Assembly: GCA_036513655.1 (NCBI GenBank)
Contig: DATBYO010000002.1
Location: forward strand, 12,246-76,245
Source: Candidatus Dormiibacterota bacterium
GTDB taxonomy: Bacteria; Chloroflexota; Dormibacteria; CF-121
Direction of reading: 5' to 3'
Length of the DNA: 64,000 nt
In this document: in pieces, positions 36,606 through 45,108 of the stretch
Layout of the letters: each line of letters opens with the position of its first letter
How positions within the stretch are numbered: the first letter of the stretch is position 1
Translations under genes and position numbers: made by a program
The notes under the pieces: generated by a model
Told to the model about the DNA's origin: nothing
Database searches by the model: none
Seen by the model: the letters and a program-made list of their open reading frames with translations, nothing else

Positions 36606-37962
36606 CGAACGCCGGAGCTTCCTCTTCAATGAGGCGGCCAACCGCCAGCAGGCGCGCCTCGTCATTCCATCGCCCAACCACTTGCATGCCGATTGGTAGC
36701 CCGGCGGCGGCGCCGAAGGGTACCGACAACGCCGGCAGGCCGGTCAGGTTGAAGGGCGCCGTCAGGCGCACCAGCGCGCCGTCGACCGGCTCCTCGCCGG
36801 AGCGCCAACGCACGGTGCGATCGCCGACGGCCGGGGCGGTGATCGGCGTCGTGGGCAACAGCAGCACATCGACGTCATGGAAGACATGTCCGATCGCGGC
36901 CCGGATCCGGGCGCGCATGCGCTGGGCCAGTACGTAGTCGGCGCCCGCCACGAGTGCGCCCAGCTGCAGTCTCACCCGGACGTCGGCGCCATACGCTCGC
37001 GGCCTAGCGCGGATCCACGCCCAATGGAACGCACTCGCCTCGGCACGGAGCGTGACCAATTGGGTCGCCACCGTCCACTCCATTTCTGGGATCCGAACGT
37101 CGCGGACGCGCAGTCCTCGCCGGCGCAGGGCTCTGGCCGCGGCGTCAACTTGGCGCGCCACCAGCGGCCGCACGTTCTGGACGATCGGTCCCCGCAGAAT
37201 CCCGACCCGCAGCCCTCGGGTCGGCACCCGCCGCGCCGGCGCGTGCGTGCCGGAGAGCACCTCAAACAGCAGGGCGGCGTCGTCGACGGTCCTGGCGAGC
37301 GGACCGGCGTGGTCAAGGGACCACCCCAACGGGACGGTTCCGGCCAGCGGGATGGCGCCGAAGGTCGGCTTCAAGCCGACGCAGCCGCAGAGGGAGGCCG
37401 GGATCCGGATCGACCCGCCGGTGTCGGACCCGAGGGCGCCCGCGCAGAGCCCCGCCACCACCGCGATCGCCGACCCCCCGCTCGAGCCGCCCGGGCTGCG
37501 GAGGGGATCGTGGGGATTGCGGGCGATCCCCCACCAGGGATTGGCGGTGGTGACGCCGTAGGCGAACTCGTGCAAGTTGGTCTTCCCGAAGATGATGGCG
37601 CCGGCAGCCCGAAGCCGGGCGACGCCGGCGGCGTCGCGCTTCGGCACCCAGTCCCGCAGGATCCGCGACCCGGCCGTGGTTCGCAAGCCGCGGGTCGCGA
37701 ACAGGTCCTTGACGGCAATCGGCACCCCCAGCAGGGCGCCGGCCTCGCCGCTGGCCAGCCGCCGCTCAGCCTGCTGGGCCTCCCGCCGCGCCCGCTCGTC
37801 GGGCACCGTGATGTAGGCGTGGAGCGCTCCCGCCTCCTCGATGCGCCGGGTGTAGGCGTCCACCAACTCGACGGGCGATACCTGCCGCTGTCGCAGCGAG
37901 CGGGCGACCTGGACGAGCGGCGCCGACGTCAGCGGCTCAGCCGCCCTCATCGAGATCCTCAA
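36595..37962 (-). CDS. Amidase (amidase-signature family; GatA/AtzE-like)
   Basis: GGSSGGSAIAVVAGLCAGALGSDTGGSIRIPASLCGCVGLKPTFG. Confidence 0.85.
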   Translation of the reverse strand: MRISMRAAEPLTSAPLVQVARSLRQRQVSPVELVDAYTRRIEEAGALHAYITVPDERARREAQQAERRLASGEAGALLGVPIAVKDLFATRGLRTTAGSRILRDWVPKRDAAGVARLRAAGAIIFGKTNLHEFAYGVTTANPWWGIARNPHDPLRSPGGSSGGSAIAVVAGLCAGALGSDTGGSIRIPASLCGCVGLKPTFGAIPLAGTVPLGWSLDHAGPLARTVDDAALLFEVLSGTHAPARRVPTRGLRVGILRGPIVQNVRPLVARQVDAAARALRRRGLRVRDVRIPEMEWTVATQLVTLRAEASAFHWAWIRARPRAYGADVRVRLQLGALVAGADYVLAQRMRARIRAAIGHVFHDVDVLLLPTTPITAPAVGDRTVRWRSGEEPVDGALVRLTAPFNLTGLPALSVPFGAAAGLPIGMQVVGRWNDEARLLAVGRLIEEEAPAFVSR

Positions 37963-38098
37963 GCGGTATCGGGGCTCTCAGTTGTTCGACCAGCGCCAGG
38001 TACCGCTTCCATGCTGGCAGCAGGGCAGCAACGTCGGCGGCGGTCAGCCGAAGCCCGGCGGCCCGCCCGACGGCGGCCAGGCGTTCCCTCTCCGTCAC
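37949..38098 (-). CDS. Small GatC/AtzG-like (DUF4089-type) protein overlapping the amidase start
   Basis: Not in the track as such. The GTG (or upstream TTG) frame encodes VTERERLAAVGRAAGLRLTAADVAALLPAWKRYLALVEQLRAPIPLEDLDEGG. Its stop lies 12 nt inside the amidase gene (GATGAGGGCGGCTGA). Confidence 0.5.
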
Positions 38099-38287
38099 CG
38101 CCAAAGTATGCAATCCGTGACGGCAGGCCGGTGATCGGCTCCATCACCACTTGCGAGTGCGAAATGGTTTGACAAGAGCGATTGCGGCGGCCTATTCTGG
38201 CGACTGCCGTCACCGGCTCGTGGGGAGGCGCAGGATGGCGGTGGCGCTGCCGTTCATCCAACTTTCATTGCTGAGGAGCCCGAAACA

Positions 38288-39709
38288 ATGCTGCTTGTGG
38301 AAGTCCGCCGCCTCGATATCGCGCCGACTACCGACCAGTTCTGGACGATCGTGTCCCGGGTCAACGGCCCTGAGTTCATGGGCGTTCTCTATCGGGCGCG
38401 CGAGGCGATCTTCGACAGCGCCGGCATCACCTTCACGATCGACCTCCTGAACAAGTTCCTGCAGTTCGACGTCACCAAGAGCTGGTCCGCGGCGGATGAG
38501 GGTGAGCTCTTCATGGGGTCGGCGTCCGTTGTCGGTTGGTTGCGGGTCCGCCGCCCGGGCTCGGCGACGTTGCGCGAGCTGCGCTCCGACGACATCCACT
38601 TCATGGAGCTTGAGCACGCGGCAAAGCCCGCGTTCGTCGAGGTCGGCGTCGCCTACCGCGCCGGCGCCGAGAAGGTCAGAACGGATTTCTTGAAGCGGAT
38701 CCGCACCGCGGCCCAGGAAGCGCTCGGCCAGGAGGTGGGGACGCCATCATCGTGGCCGGTCCTCGCTCCCGTTGGCAGCCACAACTTCGACGCGATCCGC
38801 AAGTCCCGCCAGGCGACGGTCGAGGCCACAGCCGAAGAAAGCCAGGCGATGGCGGCCTTCACCACACCAGAGATTCGGGCGCTGATCCGCGACCTCGAAC
38901 GGGTCGGCTCGCTCACCGTATCGGATTTGCCCAAGGTGTTGGGTGAAGCCCAGGGAACGGCCGTCGCCGGTCGCCTTGGCGAGTTGCGGAATCTCGGCCT
39001 GATCCAGTCCGAATACGTCATCGTGTGCTCGCGCACCGGCAATGCGGTGCTGCGCACGGATGATCCCAACAAGCTGCAGAAGATGGCGCCGGATTGGATG
39101 AAGTGCGCCTGCGGCCGGCCGCTCAACGAGGAGCGGGTCGACCAGGTGATCATGCCCACCGATCGTGCCACCGCCCTCAACGACAAGGGCCGCTGGATGA
39201 CGACCCTGGCGACGGCGATCCTCCCCAAGCTGGGCATCAGCCGCGAGCAGGTCATCATCGAATCCAGCCCGGCGGGGACGGATATCGTTCTGGACCTGAG
39301 CGGTGACCTCGTCCTGGTGGTGCTCAAGGATCGGGAGTTCAACCTGGCGGATGCCTACGGCTTCAACGCCAAGGTCTCCCGCATCAAGGCCGCCGAGGGC
39401 GTGATCGTGAGCAACGAAGGTCTGTCGGGTGATGCGAAGAAGCTCGTCCAGGAAGAACTCGGTCCGCAGCGTGCGCGGATCACCGACCCCTTCCGGATTT
39501 CCTTCGTGGAGGGCGTCCAGGGCCTCGAGCACGAAATGGGACGAGTCGTGGAGCGGCGTCGCCGGCAGTACTTCCTGCGGGCGCTCGGCGATCTGGCCAC
39601 CATCCAGGGACTCAACATCGGTCAACTGGCACTGGCCAAAGTCGAAGCCGGCGGCCGCGCCGGCAAAGAAGCCGCCATCGCCCAAGAACCCGTGGCAGCG
39701 GAAGCTTAG
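38288..39709 (+). CDS. Hypothetical 473-aa protein with a central HTH-like segment, a Cys cluster (C-x14-CxC) and a C-terminal PD-(D/E)xK-like nuclease-fold signature
   Basis: GAGGAG SD 12 nt upstream of the ATG. No family recognised. Segments ...LGELRNLGLIQSEY... , CSRTGNAVL...DWMKCACGRP and DIVLDLSGDLVLVVLKDRE. Confidence 0.6.
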   Translation: MLLVEVRRLDIAPTTDQFWTIVSRVNGPEFMGVLYRAREAIFDSAGITFTIDLLNKFLQFDVTKSWSAADEGELFMGSASVVGWLRVRRPGSATLRELRSDDIHFMELEHAAKPAFVEVGVAYRAGAEKVRTDFLKRIRTAAQEALGQEVGTPSSWPVLAPVGSHNFDAIRKSRQATVEATAEESQAMAAFTTPEIRALIRDLERVGSLTVSDLPKVLGEAQGTAVAGRLGELRNLGLIQSEYVIVCSRTGNAVLRTDDPNKLQKMAPDWMKCACGRPLNEERVDQVIMPTDRATALNDKGRWMTTLATAILPKLGISREQVIIESSPAGTDIVLDLSGDLVLVVLKDREFNLADAYGFNAKVSRIKAAEGVIVSNEGLSGDAKKLVQEELGPQRARITDPFRISFVEGVQGLEHEMGRVVERRRRQYFLRALGDLATIQGLNIGQLALAKVEAGGRAGKEAAIAQEPVAAEA

Positions 39710-39910
39710 CGCCGGCTTAGCGGCCGAAGGCCGCCGCGCTTTCGCGCGAATGAGGGCGGGCGCCGCATGCCGTTCGTGCGAGCACACGAGCGCACGTTCT
39801 TATGCGCGAGTGCGCCGCGAACGGCTGGACGGCGCACCCGCCCGGTTCAGTCTCCGTGTAACTTGAATTAGCAGGCGTATTCGTGCAACCCGACCGCGTA
39901 CTGTATTGAT

Positions 39911-40102
39911 ATGCGTATCGGCAGCCTGATTCTTGGCCTGATTGCCATCGTTGCTGGCGGTGTCTGGATCCTGCAGGGTTCGGGCGTGCTGCCGGGAAGT
40001 TTCATGACGGGCCAGAGCATGTGGCTCATCATCGGCATCATCGTCGCGCTCGTCGGACTGGCGCTGGCTTACAACGGGATCCGCCGGCCCGCCCGGCGGT
40101 AA
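39911..40102 (+). CDS. Small two-TM membrane protein
   Basis: MRIGSLILGLIAIVAGGVWILQGSG...LIIGIIVALVGLALAY. Its end lies 4 nt before the Mo-enzyme start. Confidence 0.5.
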   Translation: MRIGSLILGLIAIVAGGVWILQGSGVLPGSFMTGQSMWLIIGIIVALVGLALAYNGIRRPARR

Positions 40103-40106
40103 CCGC

Positions 40107-41531
40107 TTGATCCGGTCGCGCCCGCTGCTCGTCGGCCTTTGCGCCGGCGCGCTGGCCGTGGGAGCCGACTACCTCGCGCATGCCTTGTTCGCGGTGCCGC
40201 TCCTGCCCGAACAGGCCGGCTACGTCCTGCTCAAGCTCTTGCCGCTCGCGACCTTCGAGAACCTGCTGAAGGCGCTGGGTGTGCTGGCCCGTCCACTGCT
40301 CCTGATCGGAGCGACGCTGGTCATCATCGCGGCCTACGGGGTTGCGGCCTGGCTGATCGCGCGGCTGCTGCCGCGCATCTGGGTGCTGGTCGTGAGCGCT
40401 GCGGTACTGGTCGTCAGCATCGTCGTCGCGATCGTTGCGCTCTCTCCGGGCGATTCGGTGGCTGGAGTCGTCGTCGAGGTGGTGCTGCTGGCCGGCATGG
40501 TCCCGATCGTCGACGTCATCTTCGGGCAGTTGTCGTCGACCCCGGTGAACGAGGACCGCCGGATCCTGCTGCGCAACCTCTTCTACGGTGCGGTCGGCAT
40601 CGCCGTGCTCGGAATCGGCTACGCGACCGTGCGCCGGTTCGCCACGGCGCTGGCCATCACGGAGGGCAACCGCGCCGGCAGCGAGGTCACCAACGTCAAC
40701 GACTTCTACGTCGTCTCCAAGAATATCGGTGGCGACCCCGTAGTCGACGCCGGAAGCTGGCGTCTCAACCTCCCGACACGGTCGCTCAGCTACGACGAGC
40801 TCCTCAAGCTGCCGGCGGAGACCGTCGAGTTGACGCTGGAGTGCATCAGCAACGATATCGGTGGCACGCTGATCAGCAACGGGATCTGGAAGGGCCCGCG
40901 GGTCAGCGAGGTCCTGGCCCTGACCACGGTTCCCTCCGACGCCACCTGGTTGCTGATGGAAAGCGCCGACGGCTACACGGAGAGCTTTCCGCTGCGCGAG
41001 TTGACGCCGGCCCACCTGCTCGCCACCCACCTCAACGGCGCACCCCTCAACCCGCAGCACGGGTTCCCGGCGCGCTTCATCTTTCCGGGCCACTACGGCA
41101 TGAAGCAGCCCAAGTGGGTCACCAGGATCCGCTTTTCCGCGAGCGACCAGCCCGGCTACTGGGAACGCAATGGCTGGGACGAGCGGGCGATCGTCAAGAC
41201 GATGTCTCGGATCGATCGGCCGCAGGACGGCGTGGCGCTGGCCGCCGGCACGGTGCAGTTTGCCGGGATCGCGTTTGCCGGGGACCGCGGCATCAGCGGT
41301 GTTGAGCTGAGTTGGGACGGCGGCCGGTCCTGGCAGGCCGCCGTGCTGCAGACCGAATTCTCCCCCTACGCCTGGCGCTTCTGGCAGCTCAGCACCAGCC
41401 TGCCTGCCGGACATTACCGGGTGAGCGTCCGCGCCCGCGATGGGCAGGGAACATTACAGTCGTCGACGCCGGCGCCCACGCTTCCGAACGGTGCCGACGG
41501 CTATCACGCGATCGGCGTCGATCTCGCCTAA
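40107..41531 (+). CDS. Membrane-anchored molybdopterin-dependent oxidoreductase (sulfite oxidase/MsrP-YedY family)
   Basis: N-terminal 5-TM domain followed by an Oxidored_molyb domain (FPARFIFPGHYGMKQPKWVTRIRF) and a Mo-co dimerisation-like C-terminus. Confidence 0.75.
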   Translation: MIRSRPLLVGLCAGALAVGADYLAHALFAVPLLPEQAGYVLLKLLPLATFENLLKALGVLARPLLLIGATLVIIAAYGVAAWLIARLLPRIWVLVVSAAVLVVSIVVAIVALSPGDSVAGVVVEVVLLAGMVPIVDVIFGQLSSTPVNEDRRILLRNLFYGAVGIAVLGIGYATVRRFATALAITEGNRAGSEVTNVNDFYVVSKNIGGDPVVDAGSWRLNLPTRSLSYDELLKLPAETVELTLECISNDIGGTLISNGIWKGPRVSEVLALTTVPSDATWLLMESADGYTESFPLRELTPAHLLATHLNGAPLNPQHGFPARFIFPGHYGMKQPKWVTRIRFSASDQPGYWERNGWDERAIVKTMSRIDRPQDGVALAAGTVQFAGIAFAGDRGISGVELSWDGGRSWQAAVLQTEFSPYAWRFWQLSTSLPAGHYRVSVRARDGQGTLQSSTPAPTLPNGADGYHAIGVDLA

Positions 41532-41650
41532 CGTTCTCAGGCGCCTCTCAGGATGGCTTCAGCCGGACGCCGAGGCCAGCCCACTACCGTAAGGTTCGAG
41601 GTCGCCGGAAAAGCATGAGCCGTCGCGTTGTAGCTGGCAGGGAGAGGAAC

Positions 41651-41824
41651 ATGTCCTCAAACGCGACGCTGAGGTGGGCGTCGGTACTGGGCACGCTGCT
41701 GCTGGCGCTGCTCTCGGGTGGCGTCGTTGCCACAGCGCCCAAGCCGGCCGAGGCGCCCCTGCACCCGACCGTCACCGTGCTGCCGAGTGATGCCACGGTC
41801 CAGAGTGAAAGCCATGTCTCGTGA
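41651..41824 (+). CDS. Small secreted peptide (57 aa) with signal peptide
   Basis: GGAGAGG SD, then MSSNATLRWASVLGTLLLALLSGGVVATAPKPAEA|PLHPTVTVLPSDATVQSESHVS. Overlaps the apbE start by about 11 nt. Confidence 0.45.
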   Translation: MSSNATLRWASVLGTLLLALLSGGVVATAPKPAEAPLHPTVTVLPSDATVQSESHVS

Positions 41825-42674
41825 ACTCACGACCCGCCATTTCGACGCGCTCGGTTCCACCTGCGAGCTGCTGAGTCTCGGCAGCGGGCAGGCGGCGCTC
41901 GAGCGTTGCGAGCGATGGATCCGCGATGCTGAGGCCCGTTTCACCAGGTTCCTCCCCGATAGCGAGTTGGCCGGCCTGAATACCAGCGATGGTCGGTACG
42001 TCCCGGTCAGTGCCGAAATGTTCGCGATGCTGCAGGCGGCACTCTGGGCATTCCAGGAAAGCGCCGGTCTCGTCAACGCCGCCGTCCTGCCCGCACTGGT
42101 CGCTGCCGGCTACGATCGGCCGTTCCGGCAAGGCCTGACGGAGCCCTCCGTTCTCAACGGGACGCAATTGCCGCCGCTTCCCGAGGTCCTGATCCTTGAC
42201 CCGGCGACGCGCTCCGCGGCGCTCGCCCCGGGCGCGGCGCTCGACCTGGGCGGGATCGTGAAGGGCGCCCTCGCCGATGCCCTCATTGATGAGCTCGGTG
42301 AGGATGCCGTCTGTAACCTGGGGGGCGATCTCCGCGTACGTGGAGCAGGGCCTGAGGGTGATGGGTGGCACATTGGCCTCTGTGATGGATCGGTCGTGGC
42401 GCTCCCCAATGGAGCGGTCTGCACCAGCGGCACGACCAGCCGGCGCTGGGGACACTCGATGCATCATCTGATCGATCCGCGCACCGGGCTACCGGCCCGA
42501 TCCGACGTCGCCGAAGTCTCCGTGGTGACGGACACGGCGCTGCGCGGTGAGGTCTACGCGAAGAGCGCGCTCCTGATGGGTGCGGCCGCCGGCACAGACT
42601 TTCTCGAGGCCAGGCGCGTGCACTACGCCACGGTGACGGCCCCCGGGACCGGGGTGCTTCCGGCGGCGGCGTGA
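41814..42674 (+). CDS. FAD:protein FMN transferase (ApbE family), apparently lacking a signal peptide
   Basis: ApbE motifs LDLGGIVKG and TSGTTSRRW...HLIDPRTGLP. ATG at 41814. Confidence 0.8.
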   Translation: MSRELTTRHFDALGSTCELLSLGSGQAALERCERWIRDAEARFTRFLPDSELAGLNTSDGRYVPVSAEMFAMLQAALWAFQESAGLVNAAVLPALVAAGYDRPFRQGLTEPSVLNGTQLPPLPEVLILDPATRSAALAPGAALDLGGIVKGALADALIDELGEDAVCNLGGDLRVRGAGPEGDGWHIGLCDGSVVALPNGAVCTSGTTSRRWGHSMHHLIDPRTGLPARSDVAEVSVVTDTALRGEVYAKSALLMGAAAGTDFLEARRVHYATVTAPGTGVLPAAA

Positions 42675-43216
42675 GTATTGACCAGTTCCTCTGGCTGACG
42701 TCGCGCGCGGCGGCGCTGACGGCCTTCTTCGTCCTGTCGGCGGCGCTCGTCACCGGCCAGGCAATGCGGAGCGCGATGTTCGAAGGGGCCATGCGCAATC
42801 GCGATCTCTCCAACCTGCACCGGTTCCTGACGGTGTGCTGGGTCCCGCTCGTTGGCCTCCACGTGCTGGCGATCACACTGGACGCGGTGGCACGGGTCAG
42901 TCCGATCGACCTCGTCATCCCATTCCGGGTCTCCTATGCTGCCGTCGCGATCGGCCTGGGCACCATCGGATTCGACCTCCTGATCGTCATCACCGTGACC
43001 AGCTACATGCGGCGGCGTCTCGATCCGATCGCCTGGCGGTGGCTGCACCGCCTCTCCTATCTGATGTTCGCCCTCTTTGCCCTCCACGCTCTGTTGGCCG
43101 GCACGGATTTCTCGCGCCCCGTCGTCCTGGCTCCGGCTGCCGGTGTGATCGCCTTCATTGCCATCGTGAGCCTGGCTCGGCTCGCATTCGGTCGCATGGA
43201 AACGACCCCCCGTTAG
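42671..43216 (+). CDS. Ferric-reductase-like transmembrane heme-b protein (MsrQ/YedZ-like)
   Basis: 6-TM protein with conserved His pairs (HVLAITLDA; HRLSYLMFALFALHALL). The GTG start overlaps the apbE stop (GTGA). Confidence 0.7.
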   Translation: MSIDQFLWLTSRAAALTAFFVLSAALVTGQAMRSAMFEGAMRNRDLSNLHRFLTVCWVPLVGLHVLAITLDAVARVSPIDLVIPFRVSYAAVAIGLGTIGFDLLIVITVTSYMRRRLDPIAWRWLHRLSYLMFALFALHALLAGTDFSRPVVLAPAAGVIAFIAIVSLARLAFGRMETTPR

Positions 43217-43229
43217 ACTCGTCGGCACG

Positions 43230-43997
43230 ATGCAGGACTGGCACCGGGCGATTGCCTTCATGCGCGCCGTCGATGAGCGAGCCGCTGAGGAAGTGGTGCC
43301 GTTTCGCTGGGGCCGGGCGCTGATCAACCGTCGTCTTGACCGGGTACACGATCTCAACTTTCTGATCGTGGACCGGCTCGACGGCGCCGACGCAGCCGGT
43401 CTAGCCGCGGAAGCGGATCGGATCCAGGGCGAAGCCGGCCTGTCACACCGGCGCCTCAATGTGGACGATCCGCCCGCCGCCGACCGACTCGCCGTCGGCT
43501 TCGAAGCGCTGGGGTACACACCGGAACGATTTGTGATCATGGCGCACCGCCGGCGCCCGGTCCAGGTCGTCGACACCGGAAGTGTTCGCCAGGTCGGCTG
43601 GGACGTTCTTCGACCGGCCCGAGAGCGCCAGATCGCCAGCCAGCCCTGGGGCAAGGACCCGGCCGTGGTCCAGCAGATCCTGGCCAAGCATGAGTTGACC
43701 GCGAAGGGCACGAGGACGCAGTATTTCGCGGTGGTCATCGATGGCCTGGCGGTGTCATCGTGCGAGCTCCGCACCGATGGCGCGACGGCCCAGCTGGAAA
43801 CGGTGGAGACGCTCGAACATTTCCGTAAACGTGGCTTCTCGCGGGCGGTCGTCAGCGCGGCGCTCGAGGCGGCACGCGGATATGAGTTCGTGTTTCTCGT
43901 GACCGACGCGGGCGACTGGCCGCAGCAGTTCTATCGCGGGCTCGGCTTCGACGACGTCGGTATCGAGTCGAGGTTCCTGCGATTCGTCGATGCCTGA
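43230..43997 (+). CDS. GNAT family N-acetyltransferase (two-domain)
   Basis: C-terminal GNAT motifs HFRKRGFSRAVVSAALEAARG...VFLVTDAG...FYRGLGF. Confidence 0.7.
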   Translation: MQDWHRAIAFMRAVDERAAEEVVPFRWGRALINRRLDRVHDLNFLIVDRLDGADAAGLAAEADRIQGEAGLSHRRLNVDDPPAADRLAVGFEALGYTPERFVIMAHRRRPVQVVDTGSVRQVGWDVLRPARERQIASQPWGKDPAVVQQILAKHELTAKGTRTQYFAVVIDGLAVSSCELRTDGATAQLETVETLEHFRKRGFSRAVVSAALEAARGYEFVFLVTDAGDWPQQFYRGLGFDDVGIESRFLRFVDA

Positions 43998-44724
43998 CCA
44001 GCCCACCCTGAGCCAGGCCTGGGAGTCCGTCGCGAAGCAATGGTTGGCGTGGGCGCGCAAGCCGGGCCATGACAGCTACTGGCGTTTTCACCGGGATCCC
44101 TTCTTCGCGCTGTTGCCGCCGCCCGGTCGCCTCACCATCGACATTGGATGCGGCGAGGGGCGCGTCGCTCGAGACCTCAAGTCGATCGGTCATAACGTGA
44201 TCGCGGTGGACGCCTCGCCCACCATGGTGCGGTTCGCAAGGGAAGCGGATCCGTCGATGCAGGTGGTCGTCGCCGACGCCGCCCGGTTGCCGTTCGAGGA
44301 TGGTGTTGCTGATCTTGCAGTTGCGTTCATGTCGCTGCACGACGTGGACGACATGCCCGCGGCTATCGGCGAAGCTGCACGTGTCCTCGGGGGCGGAGGG
44401 GTGCTGGCCATGGCACTTGTCCACCCCATCAACTCTGCCGGTCAGTTCGAGAGCCTGGCGCCCGACGCGCGGTTTGTCATCGAGGGCTCGTATCTCGATC
44501 CGCACCGCTACCAGGAGACGATCGAGCGGGATGGTCTGCCGATGACGTTCAATAGCTGCCACCGGCCACTGGCCGCCTACTTCGAGGCCCTGGAGCGCGC
44601 CGGCTTGCTGGTCGAAACGCTTCGTGAGTTGACCGTCGACGCGTCATCGGTGAGCGAGCGCGCGGACCGCGCTCGGTGGCTGCGGGTTCCGCTCTTCCTC
44701 GACCTGCGCGCTCGCAAACGCTAG
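43990..44724 (+). CDS. Class I SAM-dependent methyltransferase
   Basis: Motif I LTIDIGCGEGRVA, motif II VVVADAARLPF. Overlaps the upstream gene by 8 nt. Confidence 0.8.
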   Translation: MPDQPTLSQAWESVAKQWLAWARKPGHDSYWRFHRDPFFALLPPPGRLTIDIGCGEGRVARDLKSIGHNVIAVDASPTMVRFAREADPSMQVVVADAARLPFEDGVADLAVAFMSLHDVDDMPAAIGEAARVLGGGGVLAMALVHPINSAGQFESLAPDARFVIEGSYLDPHRYQETIERDGLPMTFNSCHRPLAAYFEALERAGLLVETLRELTVDASSVSERADRARWLRVPLFLDLRARKR

Positions 44725-44769
44725 GCTGGGATCGAAGCGTCGTAACAGGCGGCCAATTCCAGGAGGGCT

Positions 44770-45108
44770 GTGATGCGGGTCATGGATGTCGTCAACGAAG
44801 CCAAAGGCGCGATGCGGGCGTCGGAAGTGTTCGGCGCGCCGTACGAAAAGAACGGGATCACGATCATTCCGGCGGCGAAGATCTCCGGCGGCGCGGGCGG
44901 TGGTGGCAATGAAGGCCAGCCGCAGGCGGGAGGCGCCGGTTTCGGGGTTTCGTCACGCCCGGTAGGCGCGTTCGTGATCAAGGACGGTGAGGTCAGCTGG
45001 CAGCCGGCCCTCGACCTGAATCGGGTCATCCTGATGGGCCAGGTCGTCGCCATCGTCGCGCTGCTGACCGCACGGGCGATCGTCAAAGCGTTGGCGAAGC
45101 GCCCCTGA
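44770..45108 (+). CDS. GerW/YtfJ-family protein
   Basis: GITIIPAAKISGGAGGGGN...GAGFGVSSRPVGAFVIKDGEVSW pattern. Confidence 0.6.
   Translation: MMRVMDVVNEAKGAMRASEVFGAPYEKNGITIIPAAKISGGAGGGGNEGQPQAGGAGFGVSSRPVGAFVIKDGEVSWQPALDLNRVILMGQVVAIVALLTARAIVKALAKRP

Noticed and set aside
36877-38172. 431-aa plus-strand ORF antisense to the amidase
   Set aside because: Compositional junk, but it masked the real minus-strand GatC-like mini-ORF (reported separately).
40038-41414. 458-aa minus-strand ORF and 388-aa alternative plus-strand frame over the molybdoenzyme gene
   Set aside because: Low-complexity Arg/Gly-rich translations; the sense frame has clear sulfite-oxidase-family motifs.
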